From Eledone cirrhosa (taxonomy: Eukaryota): 64,000 nt of DNA. The position numbers were made by a program, and so were the translations under genes. Each line of letters opens with the position of its first letter. Position 1 is the first letter of the stretch. A model generated the notes under the pieces. It was not told the DNA's origin. It saw only the letters and a list, made by a program, of their open reading frames with translations, and ran no database searches. The stretch spans positions 30,938,001-31,002,000 of the forward strand of contig OZ024759.1 in NCBI GenBank assembly GCA_964016885.1. The letters run 5' to 3'. This document shows, piece by piece, positions 1 through 14,847 of the stretch.

Positions 1-1134
1 CATATTTAGCATGCATACAGACATGCATATACATGATACCAACATACATTGGTGATGACACCGTTAGACTTTTATCGTTTATAGCTCGTTGATTAAAAGC
101 GGGAAACCAATAAAATTCTTCCAAGCAATTTTATGTTGAACCAGAATCAAACGTAATTTTTAAACCGTTTTAACTCTCGTTCTTTTGATCCCGCTAAATG
201 TTTTGCCAAATATCTCATTCTCTCTTCAAAATGTCCATCTCTCTTTATGTTGTCGTTCTAATAATTCGTATTATCCAAACTATTAGGAACTCGTGAAGTA
301 AATCAATCAATTGATGATTTTCAACTTTTATGCCAGCAACGCTGCGGTTATTAGCCTTTCCCGTTAATCAAATTCTCCTAGCCTTCTCACTTAACTAAAT
401 TGTTTAGACCGGAAATAAATCATTTCTTCAAAATTAGTTGTCGCCATTTTTCTCTGCACTTTTAACAGCATCTTATAACTTTCTTCCTTCATATCCTTTT
501 AATTATTTTTTTCTCTTTAACCCCCTTGTTACTTTTAATACCATGGTCATGAGCATTTCAGCCATACTATTACGGCTGGTATTAACATTCAAAATATTAA
601 CTGGTAGAAGAGATATGTCTTTTTCTATGTAAGATAAACACATTTCGTAAGTTTACACAATATAAGAAAGTATGTAATTTTGCAGGCTGCGACAATGTGA
701 AAGGTGTGGTACGATTTAAGATAAAAGAAGGTAACAAAGCTGCTCTGTTTTACCTGTTCTTTATTTAATTACGACCTTAATTTTTGAGATAAAATCTCCT
801 CAACAGAAGTAAAGAACCTTGTAAAATAGATAAAACCTTTTAGCTTGTATGTGCCATCTTTTCTTTTTGTTTACACCGTTACTAGCCGGAAGTGATAGTG
901 GGAGGTGTGAGAAGTGTTAAAGCCTGTGTGTGTGCCTGCGTGTGAATGAGCGTGTGCGTTTGTTTGTTTTTTTTATTTTTACAATATATTTTTTGTTTCT
1001 GAAGGTTTTGAGCGTAGTTTCAAATGTTAATGATGAATTTGTTAACTGTATTTGTAACTATTATGACCTGTAATCGCCACACCTCAGATATATTCACTGA
1101 TTTATTGTGATATATTATCTCCCCTTTGAAATAG

Positions 1135-1288
1135 ATCACTGTTGAGTGTAATTATTCAGCGGTTACACAAAGACCTGAAACCCGTCAACAAAAGTTGGAA
1201 CAATTCTTAATATATGCAACTGAACCCACTAAGGCCATTGAAATACTTTGGCAGCCTCAACTATCCCAAGACACGAGAGCCTCTAAAT
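1135..1288 (+). CDS. Candidate internal exon (ITVECNYSAVTQRPETRQQKLEQFLIYATEPTKAIEILWQPQLSQDTRASK); gene unknown, possibly a pseudogene
   Basis: Pyrimidine-rich acceptor (tctcccctttgaaatag) and strong gtaagt donor bound 154 nt that are open in only one frame. No partner exons identified with confidence. Confidence 0.3.
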
Positions 1289-2130
1289 GTAAGTACGTAA
1301 ATCTTAATACCTATTTTTTTATTTCAATTAAAAGAGCATTTCAAACTACATGATCCGATATGAACACATTTATTTAAGATACTAGGTAAGAGAGAGATCA
1401 TCGGCTAATATTTCCAGCACATCTTGTGACCATGAAAATACTGACGACATATGCAATGTCTATTTTTCCGATTTTACACATTTCACCCAATCTACTTAAG
1501 TTTAAATGTTCCGGTATATCATGTAATGCCTTTCTTAGATATAAAATTATTTGTTCAAGAAAGTGGACATAAGTGCTTTCATTGGCTGATTTCAAGTATA
1601 TAGATGTATATTTAACCAGGCGAAGTGCCTTCTGTTATTTTTAAGTGCGTTGAAATCAATATTGAAACTTTTCTGCTTTTCAAAAGTCATTTGCTGTAAA
1701 GGTAAAATAAAATACAGAAGATAGCATTAAATATTTAGTAAAAGCGGTAAGCAAATTATACACTTACAGCTTCACTCTGACCACAGCTAGTTCCCTGTTA
1801 CCGTCATAATGAATTTTCTCTAAACTACCGTACCGGAAAATATTGGATGGAAACTTCAAGTTGAGGTATTCGTGATATTCTATATTATTCACTATTCACT
1901 TATTCAACTCACCATCAATCAATACATCTATATTATAACATTCCATCACCCTTTGCAATAACAACTTATGATCAAGTATATTAAGAACAGAGAGGGGTTA
2001 ATCGACAGGGTACTCACTGTTACATCTGATATCGAATGAATTATACGTTTAAGCAAACATGCTGTTCACTGTATATAAAAATGTATAGTGCTAAAAGGAG
2101 TAGTGTAAACCACCTCGTATATCCATTAGA

Positions 2131-2445
2131 GGAGGCGTATTGGCAGAGTCGTTATTACATTGGTTAGAATGCTTTGAGGTATTCGTGTTCTATCATCTCC
2201 GCTCTGAGCTCCAATTCCAGTGAAGTATTGTAACTTTGCTTGTCATAATTTCGAGCTCGGGAAAAAAAATTCAAGTCCAATACTGGAGTCGATTTTTCCT
2301 CTATGTCTCTTTCTCACTTCCCCTCTATCTCACTCCTTCCCTGAAATAAAACAGCTCTGTTTAGGCCCGAACAGAGAATGAATTTCACCAGGTTTTAAAA
2401 GTACCCAAACCAGGCCGTATGACATTACGTCACCTCTACGACCAG
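2131..2445 (+). mobile_element. Degenerate SINE family 1, long 3'-extended variant
   Basis: Diverged match to the SINE1 head and body. The 3' extension is shared with copies near 10472-10800, 32350-32480, 36460-36615, 39250-39560 and 58940-59230. Confidence 0.55.
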
Positions 2446-2578
2446 CGGATCAATACATATACAGTAGTAGTTTTAAATGAACGAAAATCAATTAAACAAA
2501 ACTATGACAAGTTGCAGTTAGATACACACAAACGTTATATATCCTCTGTAAGTTTTTTTTTTTGTTTTTTAAGTGAGT

Positions 2579-3600
2579 ATGAAGTACATTTTGAGAAGAA
2601 ATTACAGAATATCTTAGCCACGTTGCCTACAACATTACTTTTGCATTTTTATTCTTTCTTGAGTTATTGTTTTCGATTTTAAACGTTGTGAATCTTTTGT
2701 TCTTTCTATTATAAAATGTGTCGATTTTTAATAATATTTAGTTCACCGTTGTCAAGGTGTAATTATTTGTACAAAAAGAATTGAAGATTTCGAGAATATT
2801 TTTATTTTTATCAACTTCGATCAAAGCGTCTTTAAGAAACAGTTCGAGGTTCGCTCAAAATGATTTTCTCAATTTGACTTCGCTCAAACGACTGGACATG
2901 ATTTGCTATAATTCTCAACATCATGACAGCGCATTGTAATACTCCATGCAAGCAACTAAGACAATCTACATATACATGGGAGGAGAATGTAACGAAGAGA
3001 TAGGCCTGTGCTTATAATTACCATCAGGGTTTCCGATACTATCTGAACGAAGAAAAGAACTTATAGTTAAATCACGTACATGGAATATATGCTTGAATAT
3101 GAGAGGACAACCTTCACTATAGATAATGGCCAAGTTGTAGTGTTAGATGTTGGAGTGGATTCTATCTTCTATCAGAGAACATGAACCGATTCACTTAGCA
3201 CTTTTCACTCACAAGAATTTCGTCAATACGAGATTATAATCAATGAAAGTGTTTGCACAAGGGTGTATGTAGAGTAATTAATACGAAATAGCGTAGCTCT
3301 AGTCCTAATGTAACTTATAAAGTACACATCTCTTGCCCTCAATTTCAACAATGTATATTAGGAATCAATGTTAATCTATATTTATTAGGTATATAAGATT
3401 TTATACACTTTCATTTTACTTTCGTGTTCCCGGGCATTATTTTCAATCTCTTTACACAAACTTCATTTAACTTACCAACACTTCGATAATGGAATCAATA
3501 TATATTCATATCAAGTTAACAGTTTTCCAAATATCAAATTAAGCAACGAAAACTGTTTACAGTCTCTGGATATGGCCTTGTAGTTAATTACTTTCCTTCG
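2579..3600 (+). pseudogene. Decayed leucine-rich-repeat (Toll-like receptor ectodomain-like) coding relic
   Basis: LRR-like peptides broken by stops and frameshifts: FAQNDFLNLTSLKRLDM (2850-2900), TSLALNFNNV (3326-3355), SLHKLHLTYQ...FPNIKLSNENCLQSLDMAL* (3449-3583). A stop-interrupted hydrophobic leader starts at ATG 2579. Confidence 0.4.
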
Positions 3601-3860
3601 TTTTATTCATATTTCATTGGTCGTGTCTCGTTACATGATGAGTAAGAGTGCACTAGAATATTCCAAAGACGCTTAATGTGTGTAGAAGGTAACTTTCCGT
3701 ATAATTTATTGTTAGAATGCCTTCTGAAAGAATCGTTGGGCAGACTTTATGGGCAAAACCGCCTGGCAGGAGACCCAGGGACATGACTCGCCAAACATAT
3801 AACAATATCTGTTTCAGCACTCGCTTTCACATCAAAAATCTTACAAAAGAAATTCATAAA

Positions 3861-3927
<67 letters not shown>

Positions 3928-3944
3928 GTGTTTTTATTTTTTTA

Positions 3945-4110
3945 AATAAAGGGAAAAATAACGAGGTTCCTACGCCAGGGAAAATATAAGGAGAAGAAAT
4001 TGAAAATGAAACGGGCCTTTTAAGAATGTTTATTTATTTCCTCTACCGGTTTCACAGTTCTTATGCTTTTCAAAACTAAAATTAAAATGGTGGGTTTGTG
4101 TTTCTATTGA
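3945..4110 (-). mobile_element. Penelope-like pLTR relic, family P5, with hammerhead core at about 4040-4077
   Basis: Homologous to 56146-56294 and 63250-63495. Minus strand reads TTGAAAA-GCA-taagaac-TGT-GAAA-CCGG-TA; stem I is decayed. Confidence 0.6.
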
Positions 4111-4158
4111 ATTATATTTATCACCGAAATATGTATTGCAGCGAATATGAATAACTTA

Positions 4159-4216
<58 letters not shown>

Positions 4217-4296
4217 CCGAGAATAAGTAGGTGACATAGTCAGTACTTCAGTACTTTAAAACTCATAGAGAATGGTCTTCTAAATGTTTTTAATTA

Positions 4297-5045
<749 letters not shown>

Positions 5046-5363
5046 TTTATAAACGTGTGTTCATAAACTCACTTCTGCCAAATTTTGTCTCCTGTGACGA
5101 CGTTAGCAAGTATTTGTACTAGAAATAAACATCTGAATGATACAAGCCACTGTGTGTAATTTGTTCAATTCCAATACATTTGTGAAATGTATCACATCTT
5201 ATTAGATGTGTCCAAACGTCTGAAAAATGTTTACACTAACAGTTTGAATGAAATCTCAGCTGCAGTTCTATAATGAATCCATGTTCTGTGGACATGTGTG
5301 TGTGGTGTGAAATGTATGTGTGATTTGAGTGGTGTGAATTCTGTGTGTGGTGTTTGTGATAAC

Positions 5364-5799
<436 letters not shown>

Positions 5800-5806
5800 T
5801 ATAAAA

Positions 5807-5935
5807 GTTATTCCGGGTTGAATCGGAGGTAACCACAGTAAGTAAGGTACTCAATACATAGCAGAGTATAAATGATTTAATATAGAAGAGCTTCTCCTGG
5901 ACTACTAGTCCTGGAGAAGCTCTTCCATTTTAAAA
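5807..5935 (-). mobile_element. Family P2 pLTR 3' fragment with head-to-head junction at hammerhead stem III
   Basis: ttccgggttgaatcggaggtaaccacagtaagtaaggtactcaatac matches 54857ff, 55303ff and the reverse complement of 62753-62804. It ends in the palindrome gaagagcttctcc-tggactactagtcct-ggagaagctcttc. Confidence 0.7.
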
Positions 5936-5988
5936 CTATATATATATATATATAAGTTATCACAGATACGACACGTATATATATACAT

Positions 5989-6025
<37 letters not shown>

Positions 6026-6042
6026 TATATATATATATGTAC

Positions 6043-6075
<33 letters not shown>

Positions 6076-6095
6076 CATGCATATATATAAATATA

Positions 6096-6127
<32 letters not shown>

Positions 6128-6158
6128 GTGTGTATATATATATATATTTATGTATATT

Positions 6159-6209
<51 letters not shown>

Positions 6210-6242
6210 GTAAATATACATAAATATATATATATACACAAA

Positions 6243-6281
<39 letters not shown>

Positions 6282-6298
6282 TATATTTATATATATGC

Positions 6299-6339
<41 letters not shown>

Positions 6340-6384
6340 GTATATATATATATATATTTATGTATATTTACATATGTATATATA

Positions 6385-6464
<80 letters not shown>

Positions 6465-6494
6465 GTATATATATATATATTTATGTATATTTAC

Positions 6495-6532
<38 letters not shown>

Positions 6533-6624
6533 TCACACTCATACACAGAGAGGTTGGAAAGTAATGTTCAGTATTGCCTTGTTTTGTATTGCAATTGCAA
6601 TTTAGTGATATTATTATTGATTAT

Positions 6625-6742
6625 TCTGAGTTCAAATCCCTCCGAGGTCAACTTTGCCTTTCATCCTTAAGGGGTCGATAAAATAAAGTACCAGTAATGT
6701 ACTGGGTATTTGCTGGCCTTGTGCCAAAAGTAGAAACAATTA
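6625..6742 (+). mobile_element. 5'-truncated SINE family 1 with target-site duplication
   Basis: B-box gagttcaaatcc, body gcctttcatccttaaggggtcgataaaataaagtaccag, tail gtagaaacaatta. Flanked by direct repeat ttattattgattattctga. Confidence 0.85.
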
Positions 6743-6999
6743 TTATTGATTATTCTGAATAAGACATATTGTAGAAGACAAGGAAATATAATTTCTGCAT
6801 CAAATTGCTTTTGGCTGGCTCGTTGTCTCAGAAGACGCCAACAGTGTTTGTACTGAAAGTTGTAGATCAATATGTTCATATATAGATATACAAGCGTAAG
6901 AATATATGTATCAACCGCACACAAAACTAAAACAAAAACACTCGCACTGTTGTATTTGTGTGTGTGAGTGACTGTATGTGTGTATGTGCGGGTGTATAT

Positions 7000-7054
<55 letters not shown>

Positions 7055-7057
7055 TTT

Positions 7058-7140
7058 ATAATAAATTTGAAGACTAAAATCCAAAGAGGGCTCGATAAGG
7101 ATAAATATATATCAAATATATAAGAACCGTAGAGCAAATA
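7058..7140 (-). mobile_element. TA-embedded short repeat, family P7 (probable pLTR 3' end)
   Basis: ataaatttgaagactaaaatccaaagagggctcgataaggataaata also occurs at 4497-4532 and 27238-27305, and reverse-complemented at 18390-18478; always abuts (TA)n. Confidence 0.65.
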
Positions 7141-7230
7141 TTTATTACATACATATATATATATACATACATATATACATATATATATATCAATATATCA
7201 ATATATATATACATACATACATATATACAT

Positions 7231-7276
<46 letters not shown>

Positions 7277-7489
7277 GTATATATATATATAGGCAGAGAG
7301 GGAGAAGGAGAGAGAGAGAGAAGTATAGATATATATGTATATAAATATGCAAATATATATATATTTAAATATTTTTATTGAGAAACACGAGATGTATGTA
7401 TATATATACATATATATATAATTGAAGAATGAATCTGAATAACAAACTTGGTTTTCGTTTCATATTAATTATATATACGTATATATATG

Positions 7490-7561
<72 letters not shown>

Positions 7562-7948
7562 CACAAACTGTCACACACTGACACGCGGAAAACATCTATC
7601 TATTCATGTATAGAAATCTTGACAGTCTTCCTTGTCTTATGGTCATTATCTATATGATTTCACATGTATACCTTCCTACTAGTTCTATGTACTTATAAAA
7701 GATTGTCATTCTTACAATACTTAATCGATCATTCTAGACATTCGTAGCTTTGTGGTGCCTCATAAATGTCTGCTCTCCGCTCTAGGCAAAACATTCAAAG
7801 TTAGCAAAAACCGCCATACTTTCTCTGCGTATTTAATATCTCAAATTCCATCGTTTAAATCACTTTACAACATATTACATATTGCACTTACTTCACCACA
7901 CTCTCGTATGTATGTATATATATATATACATACATACACAACATACAC

Positions 7949-8016
<68 letters not shown>

Positions 8017-8105
8017 CGAAGAAAATGTGGTAAGGAACCAGGTGGACCATAACCAGAATTAACCGTCGAAACGGCTTGAGCTCAGCCGTCGGGGTCCTAC
8101 TCGTT

Positions 8106-8186
<81 letters not shown>

Positions 8187-8258
8187 AGAGAGAGAGAGAA
8201 AGTGAGAGAGAAAGGGATTGATATATATATATTTACATATATATATATATAAAATATA

Positions 8259-8298
<40 letters not shown>

Positions 8299-8738
8299 TA
8301 TAATATGCATATATGCAGATAATACGCATATCTATTCATCCGTTGTAATCTTTAATTAGTTAACCTTACTTTAAACTACCCTAATTAAACTCCCACCGCT
8401 GTATTATAATCCCATAATTCATCTTCTATCGTCTTTTTAATTAAAAATGTCTTACTCCTAAAACAGGTTACGACGAAATTTATAAATATAATACGTAACT
8501 AATTACAGATAAAACTTCAAACGCTACTTAGTTAATATTATTTAACATTTAACACGCATTAAATGTTGTGGAGTAATTAACATACAGATACACTTTAAGT
8601 TTCGGTTACGTTATCGCACACTGATAGACTCAGACATACACACATAGACAGAGAGATAGACAGATAGGTAGACAGAGGGGGGAGGGGAGAGATAGAGAGA
8701 GAGGGGGAGAGTGAGAGAGATAGAGAGAGAGGAGGAGA

Positions 8739-8797
<59 letters not shown>

Positions 8798-9071
8798 ACC
8801 GCCAAAGAGACAAGCAGAGAGATAGAGAGAGAGGGGGAGAGTGAGAGAGATAGAGAGAGAGGAGGGAAGAGAGAGAGAGAGAGATAGGCCGCCAAAGAGA
8901 CAGGCAGAGAGATAGAGAGAGAGGGGCAGAGTGAGAGAGAGAGATAGAGGGGGAGAGTGAGAGAGAGAAAAGGAGAGAAGAGGAGAGTGAGAGACACAGA
9001 GAGAAAGATATAGACCCACAAAGAGACAGACGAGATAGACACAGCGTTAGACAGGGACTGATAGATAGATA

Positions 9072-9612
9072 TGTTTCTTTATTAGCCACAGGGGCACAAA
9101 AGAAGGGGACAAAAACAAAGGGGGAAGTTTACATACAATAAAAACGTGTAAAATACTATCACAAATGCAATTTAAAAAATTAGTCGATTTTCCCCAATAG
9201 GGGGAGACAGTTCATATGGGTACACATACCCCCGAAAAAATGTGCAACCCTCATCTCCAGGAGTACGAAGAGGTTGTACTCCTTTCCTCTCCTCCTCCTT
9301 TTCCTCAACCTACAGGTTTATATAGAGAGAAGGCCCATTCACTCGGGCCATTCTCACCACTTTCACCCACCTTTCATAAAACTTGCTGAGGTACAGCACC
9401 TCCCTCTCCATCCTGATTCTTCTTCCAAAGTGGTATTTGAAAAAAAGAATTAGTTGTTGGCCGGAGAGAAAGATGTCTGACCTCAGCCCTTTTAACCTCG
9501 TCCACCATACAACCTCTTTCGCCATAGCTATCACACAAAGGAAAACCACCTCTCCTTCGTTTTTGAAGGAGGGGGGCGGTTTGATCATGACAATGGACTC
9601 GGTGGTCAAGCG
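9072..9612 (-). mobile_element. Tx1/L1-clade LINE 3' fragment (ORF2 C-terminus plus 3' UTR) inserted in (GATA)n
   Basis: Minus frame ...VFLCVIAMAKEVVWWTRLKG...FFKYHFGRRIRMEREVLYLSKFYERWVKV...* (stop 9310) resembles the Tx1/L1 ORF2 end. AATAAA lies near the 3' end and both sides are GATA repeats. Confidence 0.65.
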
Positions 9613-9661
<49 letters not shown>

Positions 9662-9792
9662 TCACACTGTGACAGGTACAGAGACAGACAGACAGACGTC
9701 AGACAGTCAGATAGACTGACTGACTGACTGACAGGAACGCTTGTGACAGGTACAGGCATCGGACACGGAGAGACATACACAGACACACAGAC

Positions 9793-9999
9793 GCGGAGAT
9801 TGCAACACAGACACACATACGCGGAGAGTGCAACACAGACACATACGTGGAGAGTGCAACACAGACATATACGCGGAGAGTGCAACACAGACACATACGC
9901 GGAGAGTGCAACACAGACACATACGCGGAGAGTGCAACACAGACACATACGCGGAGAGTGCAACACAGACACATACGCGGAGAGTGCAACACAGACATA
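9793..9999. repeat. 26-bp minisatellite, about 8 copies
   Basis: Unit gcggagagtgcaacacagacacatac repeated in tandem. Confidence 0.95.
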
Positions 10000-11566
10000 T
10001 ACACACATATACTGGTACGTAGTTATTGATACGTATGCATATGTAGACAGAAAAGCTTACATACATAGAAATGACATCAAACATCTCCAATTGCTTAGAC
10101 GAGAATGGAATTTATTTAAGAATGAACTCTCGATATAGTTACCTAGACTCATCTCATATTGGTGATCGCATATAGAACTGATTGAAACTGACTGAATATG
10201 TTATATATGTCTCTATATGTTATATATGTCTCTTGTCCAAGGGATCACCACCAACAGAAGACGTCTTAATATCATTGATATCATTAATATTCCGCTCGAA
10301 TATCAATCGTTTAAACGTATCAATCATTTTAGCTTTCTTCATGTGATCAATTTTTCTGATATATTTTAAATTAATATACCTTTACTTATGTCTCCTTTCT
10401 CGTCCAATTTATTAAACATGGTGACCTACTTTTAATCTACTCCAATAAATGACAAATCCACGTTCGTATTAAGGTGTCGAGTTGGCAGAATCGTTAGGAC
10501 ATCGGACAGAATTCTTTGAAGTATTCATTTCCACTCTCTGTTGTCAAATCCTTCCTCGGTCAACTTTGTCTTTCAGGCTTTCGTGGTCGATAGAATAGTT
10601 ACCACTCAAGTACTGGGATCAGTCTTTCTCTATATTTATTTTTCATTTCCATTCTCGCACTTTCCTTATTCTCCTATGGAAGAAATCTCACTGTATTTCA
10701 AACCTGGATAGGGTTGGGCTTCGCTAGTTTTAAAAAATGCCTTAGAAACGCTGTATCCTAAGAAGGTGCCCATTCGACTCCCTCAAGATAGAAGGGGCCA
10801 TCCATGCATACATACAATGTTCATATTATTAGTTTCATTAAATATCACGATTTTATGCGGGGTTAGATAATTGTATTCGCAATTGTGAGGTTGTGAGTTC
10901 AATCCGCCATGTTTGCCATTCCCAGAATACGCCATGTAAATTCCTAACAAAATTATACATTGATATGCAAATTATGTTTTTGTAGTTTCGTTTTCATATC
11001 TACTACCAGAGAGTGTCTTGGCAAGGTTGTTAGATGGTACGTCGAAGGAGATGACTTGTTGCATATGTTCCGGCATTTTAAGTTCTATGTTTCAATTTCA
11101 TCATGATCAACTTCTTTGGATCTGACGTAATCCATCATTTGGCGTAACAACCATCTGACCCCTGGGTGACATGAAGAGTGTCTACTCTGTTGCAAGTATT
11201 TGAAACTGACTGGTGTGTTTTTTATCGGCCTCTTAAGAACGAACGGCTAGTTTGATCTCAGCAGGGTTTGAACTCGGAAAGCGGAAGGAGCCGGAACAAA
11301 TAACGAAAAGTATTCTATGCAACGTTCTAACGACTCTGCCAATACTACATCTCTATTTAACATTTAACAAGTTTCACATACAAATGTTTCCTATACGTTA
11401 ATCTGTATCAATCATTCTTATCTCGCCTTTATACCAGCGTTACCATTCTCTTAGTAACAAGAAGTCTTCTATTTATAGATCATCAAAGTCGGTTTAGCTT
11501 CCATTTCATTTCAGAAATGTATTGCGCCTGTTGTTGCTTATCTGACTGATACACTGAATTTAGATC

Positions 11567-11681
<115 letters not shown>

Positions 11682-11682
11682 G

Positions 11683-11717
<35 letters not shown>

Positions 11718-11744
11718 ATATATATATGTATTTATATATAAATT

Positions 11745-11775
<31 letters not shown>

Positions 11776-11871
11776 GTATGTGTGTGTATATGTATATATA
11801 TATATATATGTATATGTGTGTGCGTGTGTGTATACATATGTATGTATGCCTGTATGTATGCCTGTATATGC

Positions 11872-11932
<61 letters not shown>

Positions 11933-12316
11933 AATAGAAAATAGCAACTGATACGAGAACCTTCCCTCAATCACACACACACTCATCCTCCGCCTATGTT
12001 AATTCTTCTAAGCTGATAAGATCACAATACGAACATCAGTAGGAAAAACAGCAACCACCACAACCACCAGCACCACCACCACCACCACAACAACAACAAC
12101 AACAACAATCCGCTCCAGATATATATAGCATGATGTCTAAGCCTCCTAAAACGACTTCCATCTCTATGTTGACACTGATGCCTGTGTATATGTGTGTGTG
12201 TGTGTGTGGGAATGTATGTCTGTGAGTGTGTATTTTCGTAAGAGTCTCTGTATTTGCATGCTTATATTTATATACTCATATATATAAATGTATGCATACG
12301 CACATACACACATGCA

Positions 12317-12354
<38 letters not shown>

Positions 12355-12547
12355 AAAGTTTTATTTAAAATTGTTGGGTTACAACGAGTAAATATTTTAT
12401 AACTGATATAAAGCACTCAACAAGTTTTGGAGTAGATATACGATATTAAACAAATGGAAACTATATTTATAAAAGCATATTTATTTCATTATACATATTT
12501 CAGGGATACCATATTAAAAATATGGCATGCCTTCTTCTTATATATTG

Positions 12548-12613
12548 TATTTTATCTGAAGAAGGCATGCCATATTTTTAATATGGTATCCCTGAAATAT
12601 GTATAATGAAATA
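12548..12613 (+). ncRNA. Type I hammerhead ribozyme motif, family P1
   Basis: Stem I TATTTTAT/ATGAAATA; core CTGAAGA (12556-62); 14-position stem II with one C-C mismatch; GAAA (12594-97); quasi-palindromic stem III ATATGTAT; AUA cleavage triplet. Covaries with the copy at 63742-63806. Confidence 0.8.
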
Positions 12614-12654
12614 AATATGGTTTTATAAATATAGTTTCCATTTGTTTAATATCG

Positions 12655-12685
<31 letters not shown>

Positions 12686-13952
12686 GCGTCAGCTTATGGA
12701 AACAAAATTCTAGCAATGTATATTACAAACCGAAGACACAATTAAAACACAATCCCCTATTATCAAACCACATTCTTCCCCCAAAATAACATAGTAGTTA
12801 TCAGCTATCCTTGTCATAATGTTTATTACAAACCCCCAGGCCCACAATTTAAAACAAAAATCTCAAACATTGAACTATATTTTAACCTGAAATATGACAG
12901 ATATCAATCATTCTAGTCTTTATGTCTATTAGAAACCCAAAAGACACAATTAAAACACAGACCCCAATCAACAAACTACATTCTTTCCCCAAAATATGGC
13001 AATTATCAACCATCTTAATCATAAGGCTCGCTTGAACTTATAACTCTCTTGAGATGTCTGACTTAGACTTGGGGTCAGCTCGTACAAACACAAATTTAAA
13101 TCTAAACATCGAAAAGAAACGAAAAGTAAAGAAGTAATACATTTTAATCGTGTCAAATTGCAAACAAAGAGGTTTGGGTGAGCGAGATGATAAAATCGAA
13201 TCCAGTACTTGAGTTGTACTTATATTACCGACTGTGGAAGAAATAGACTTAAATTATCTATAAGATTAATTGAACATTCCTTCACATGAAAGTATGGATA
13301 GATTGTGAGCGAAAATTAATCGGGGGATTAAATGATAGGAACATGCCGCGTGACTTTAGGTGCTTTTTCAATGATTGAAAAATATATATACATTGAAATT
13401 GATTAACGCAAACTGGAAGCATAGGCAAATATAGAAATGTACAAGTATGAAGAATTGGTTATAAGACTATTGAAATAATGAAAAAACTATAATATATAAA
13501 TGGTGAATTTTAAAGAAATAGAAGACAAAGCAGCATTAAATGAAAAGATGAAGAATTGCAACAAGAACAACGATGCTGACAATATTTTATATAGCAATTG
13601 CTTATTATTTCTTTCTTCATAATGTATATATATATGTGTCTATCTGTATATGTATATGTATATGTATGTAGGTACGTATGTGTATATATGTATGTATATT
13701 TATTTGTATGTGTATGAGAATGTATGTGTGTGTGTATGTATGTATATATATATGTGTGTGTGAATAAGTATGTATAAATATATATAAGCATGTATGTAGA
13801 GCAATACACACATATTTTAAGCTGTTCAAATGTAAAATATATTCTACTTAAATGCACTGAATGCTCGTTCAGTAAAATTATTTTATTTTGCTTGATTATA
13901 AATAAAATATTTGAATATCACACGCACACATATACACATACACACACATATA

Positions 13953-14010
<58 letters not shown>

Positions 14011-14080
14011 ATCACTCAGTCACACATATATATAATTGAATACACACTCACAATCACGCGCACACACACACACACACACG

Positions 14081-14152
<72 letters not shown>

Positions 14153-14271
14153 GATAGATAGATGTATATATATATATATACATACATATATACATATATA
14201 TATACATATATACCTACATATATATCTACATATATATATATATCTGTATATACATATATATATATATATCC

Positions 14272-14307
<36 letters not shown>

Positions 14308-14316
14308 ATATATATA

Positions 14317-14381
<65 letters not shown>

Positions 14382-14724
14382 ATGCATATGCATATATGTA
14401 TATTTATATATACGCATCTATCTATCTATCTAATTTAATAACTAAAGAAAGAAATAAAGAAATATATCTATCTATCTATCTATCTCTCTCTCTCTATATA
14501 TATATATATGTATATATATGTATATAAATATATATATATATATATGTGTATGTCTGTGTGTGCGCGCGTGATTGTGAGTGTGTATTTAATTATATATATG
14601 TGTCAGTGAGTGATTGTGTATATATATATATATAAATATGCATATATGTGTGTGTATGTATATATGTGTGCGTGTGATATTCAAATATTTTATTTATAAT
14701 CAAGCAATATATATATATATATAT

Positions 14725-14847
<123 letters not shown>

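Noticed and set aside
100-640. Minus-strand coiled-coil-like peptide fragments
   Set aside because: Multiple stops in all frames and no recognisable family motif.
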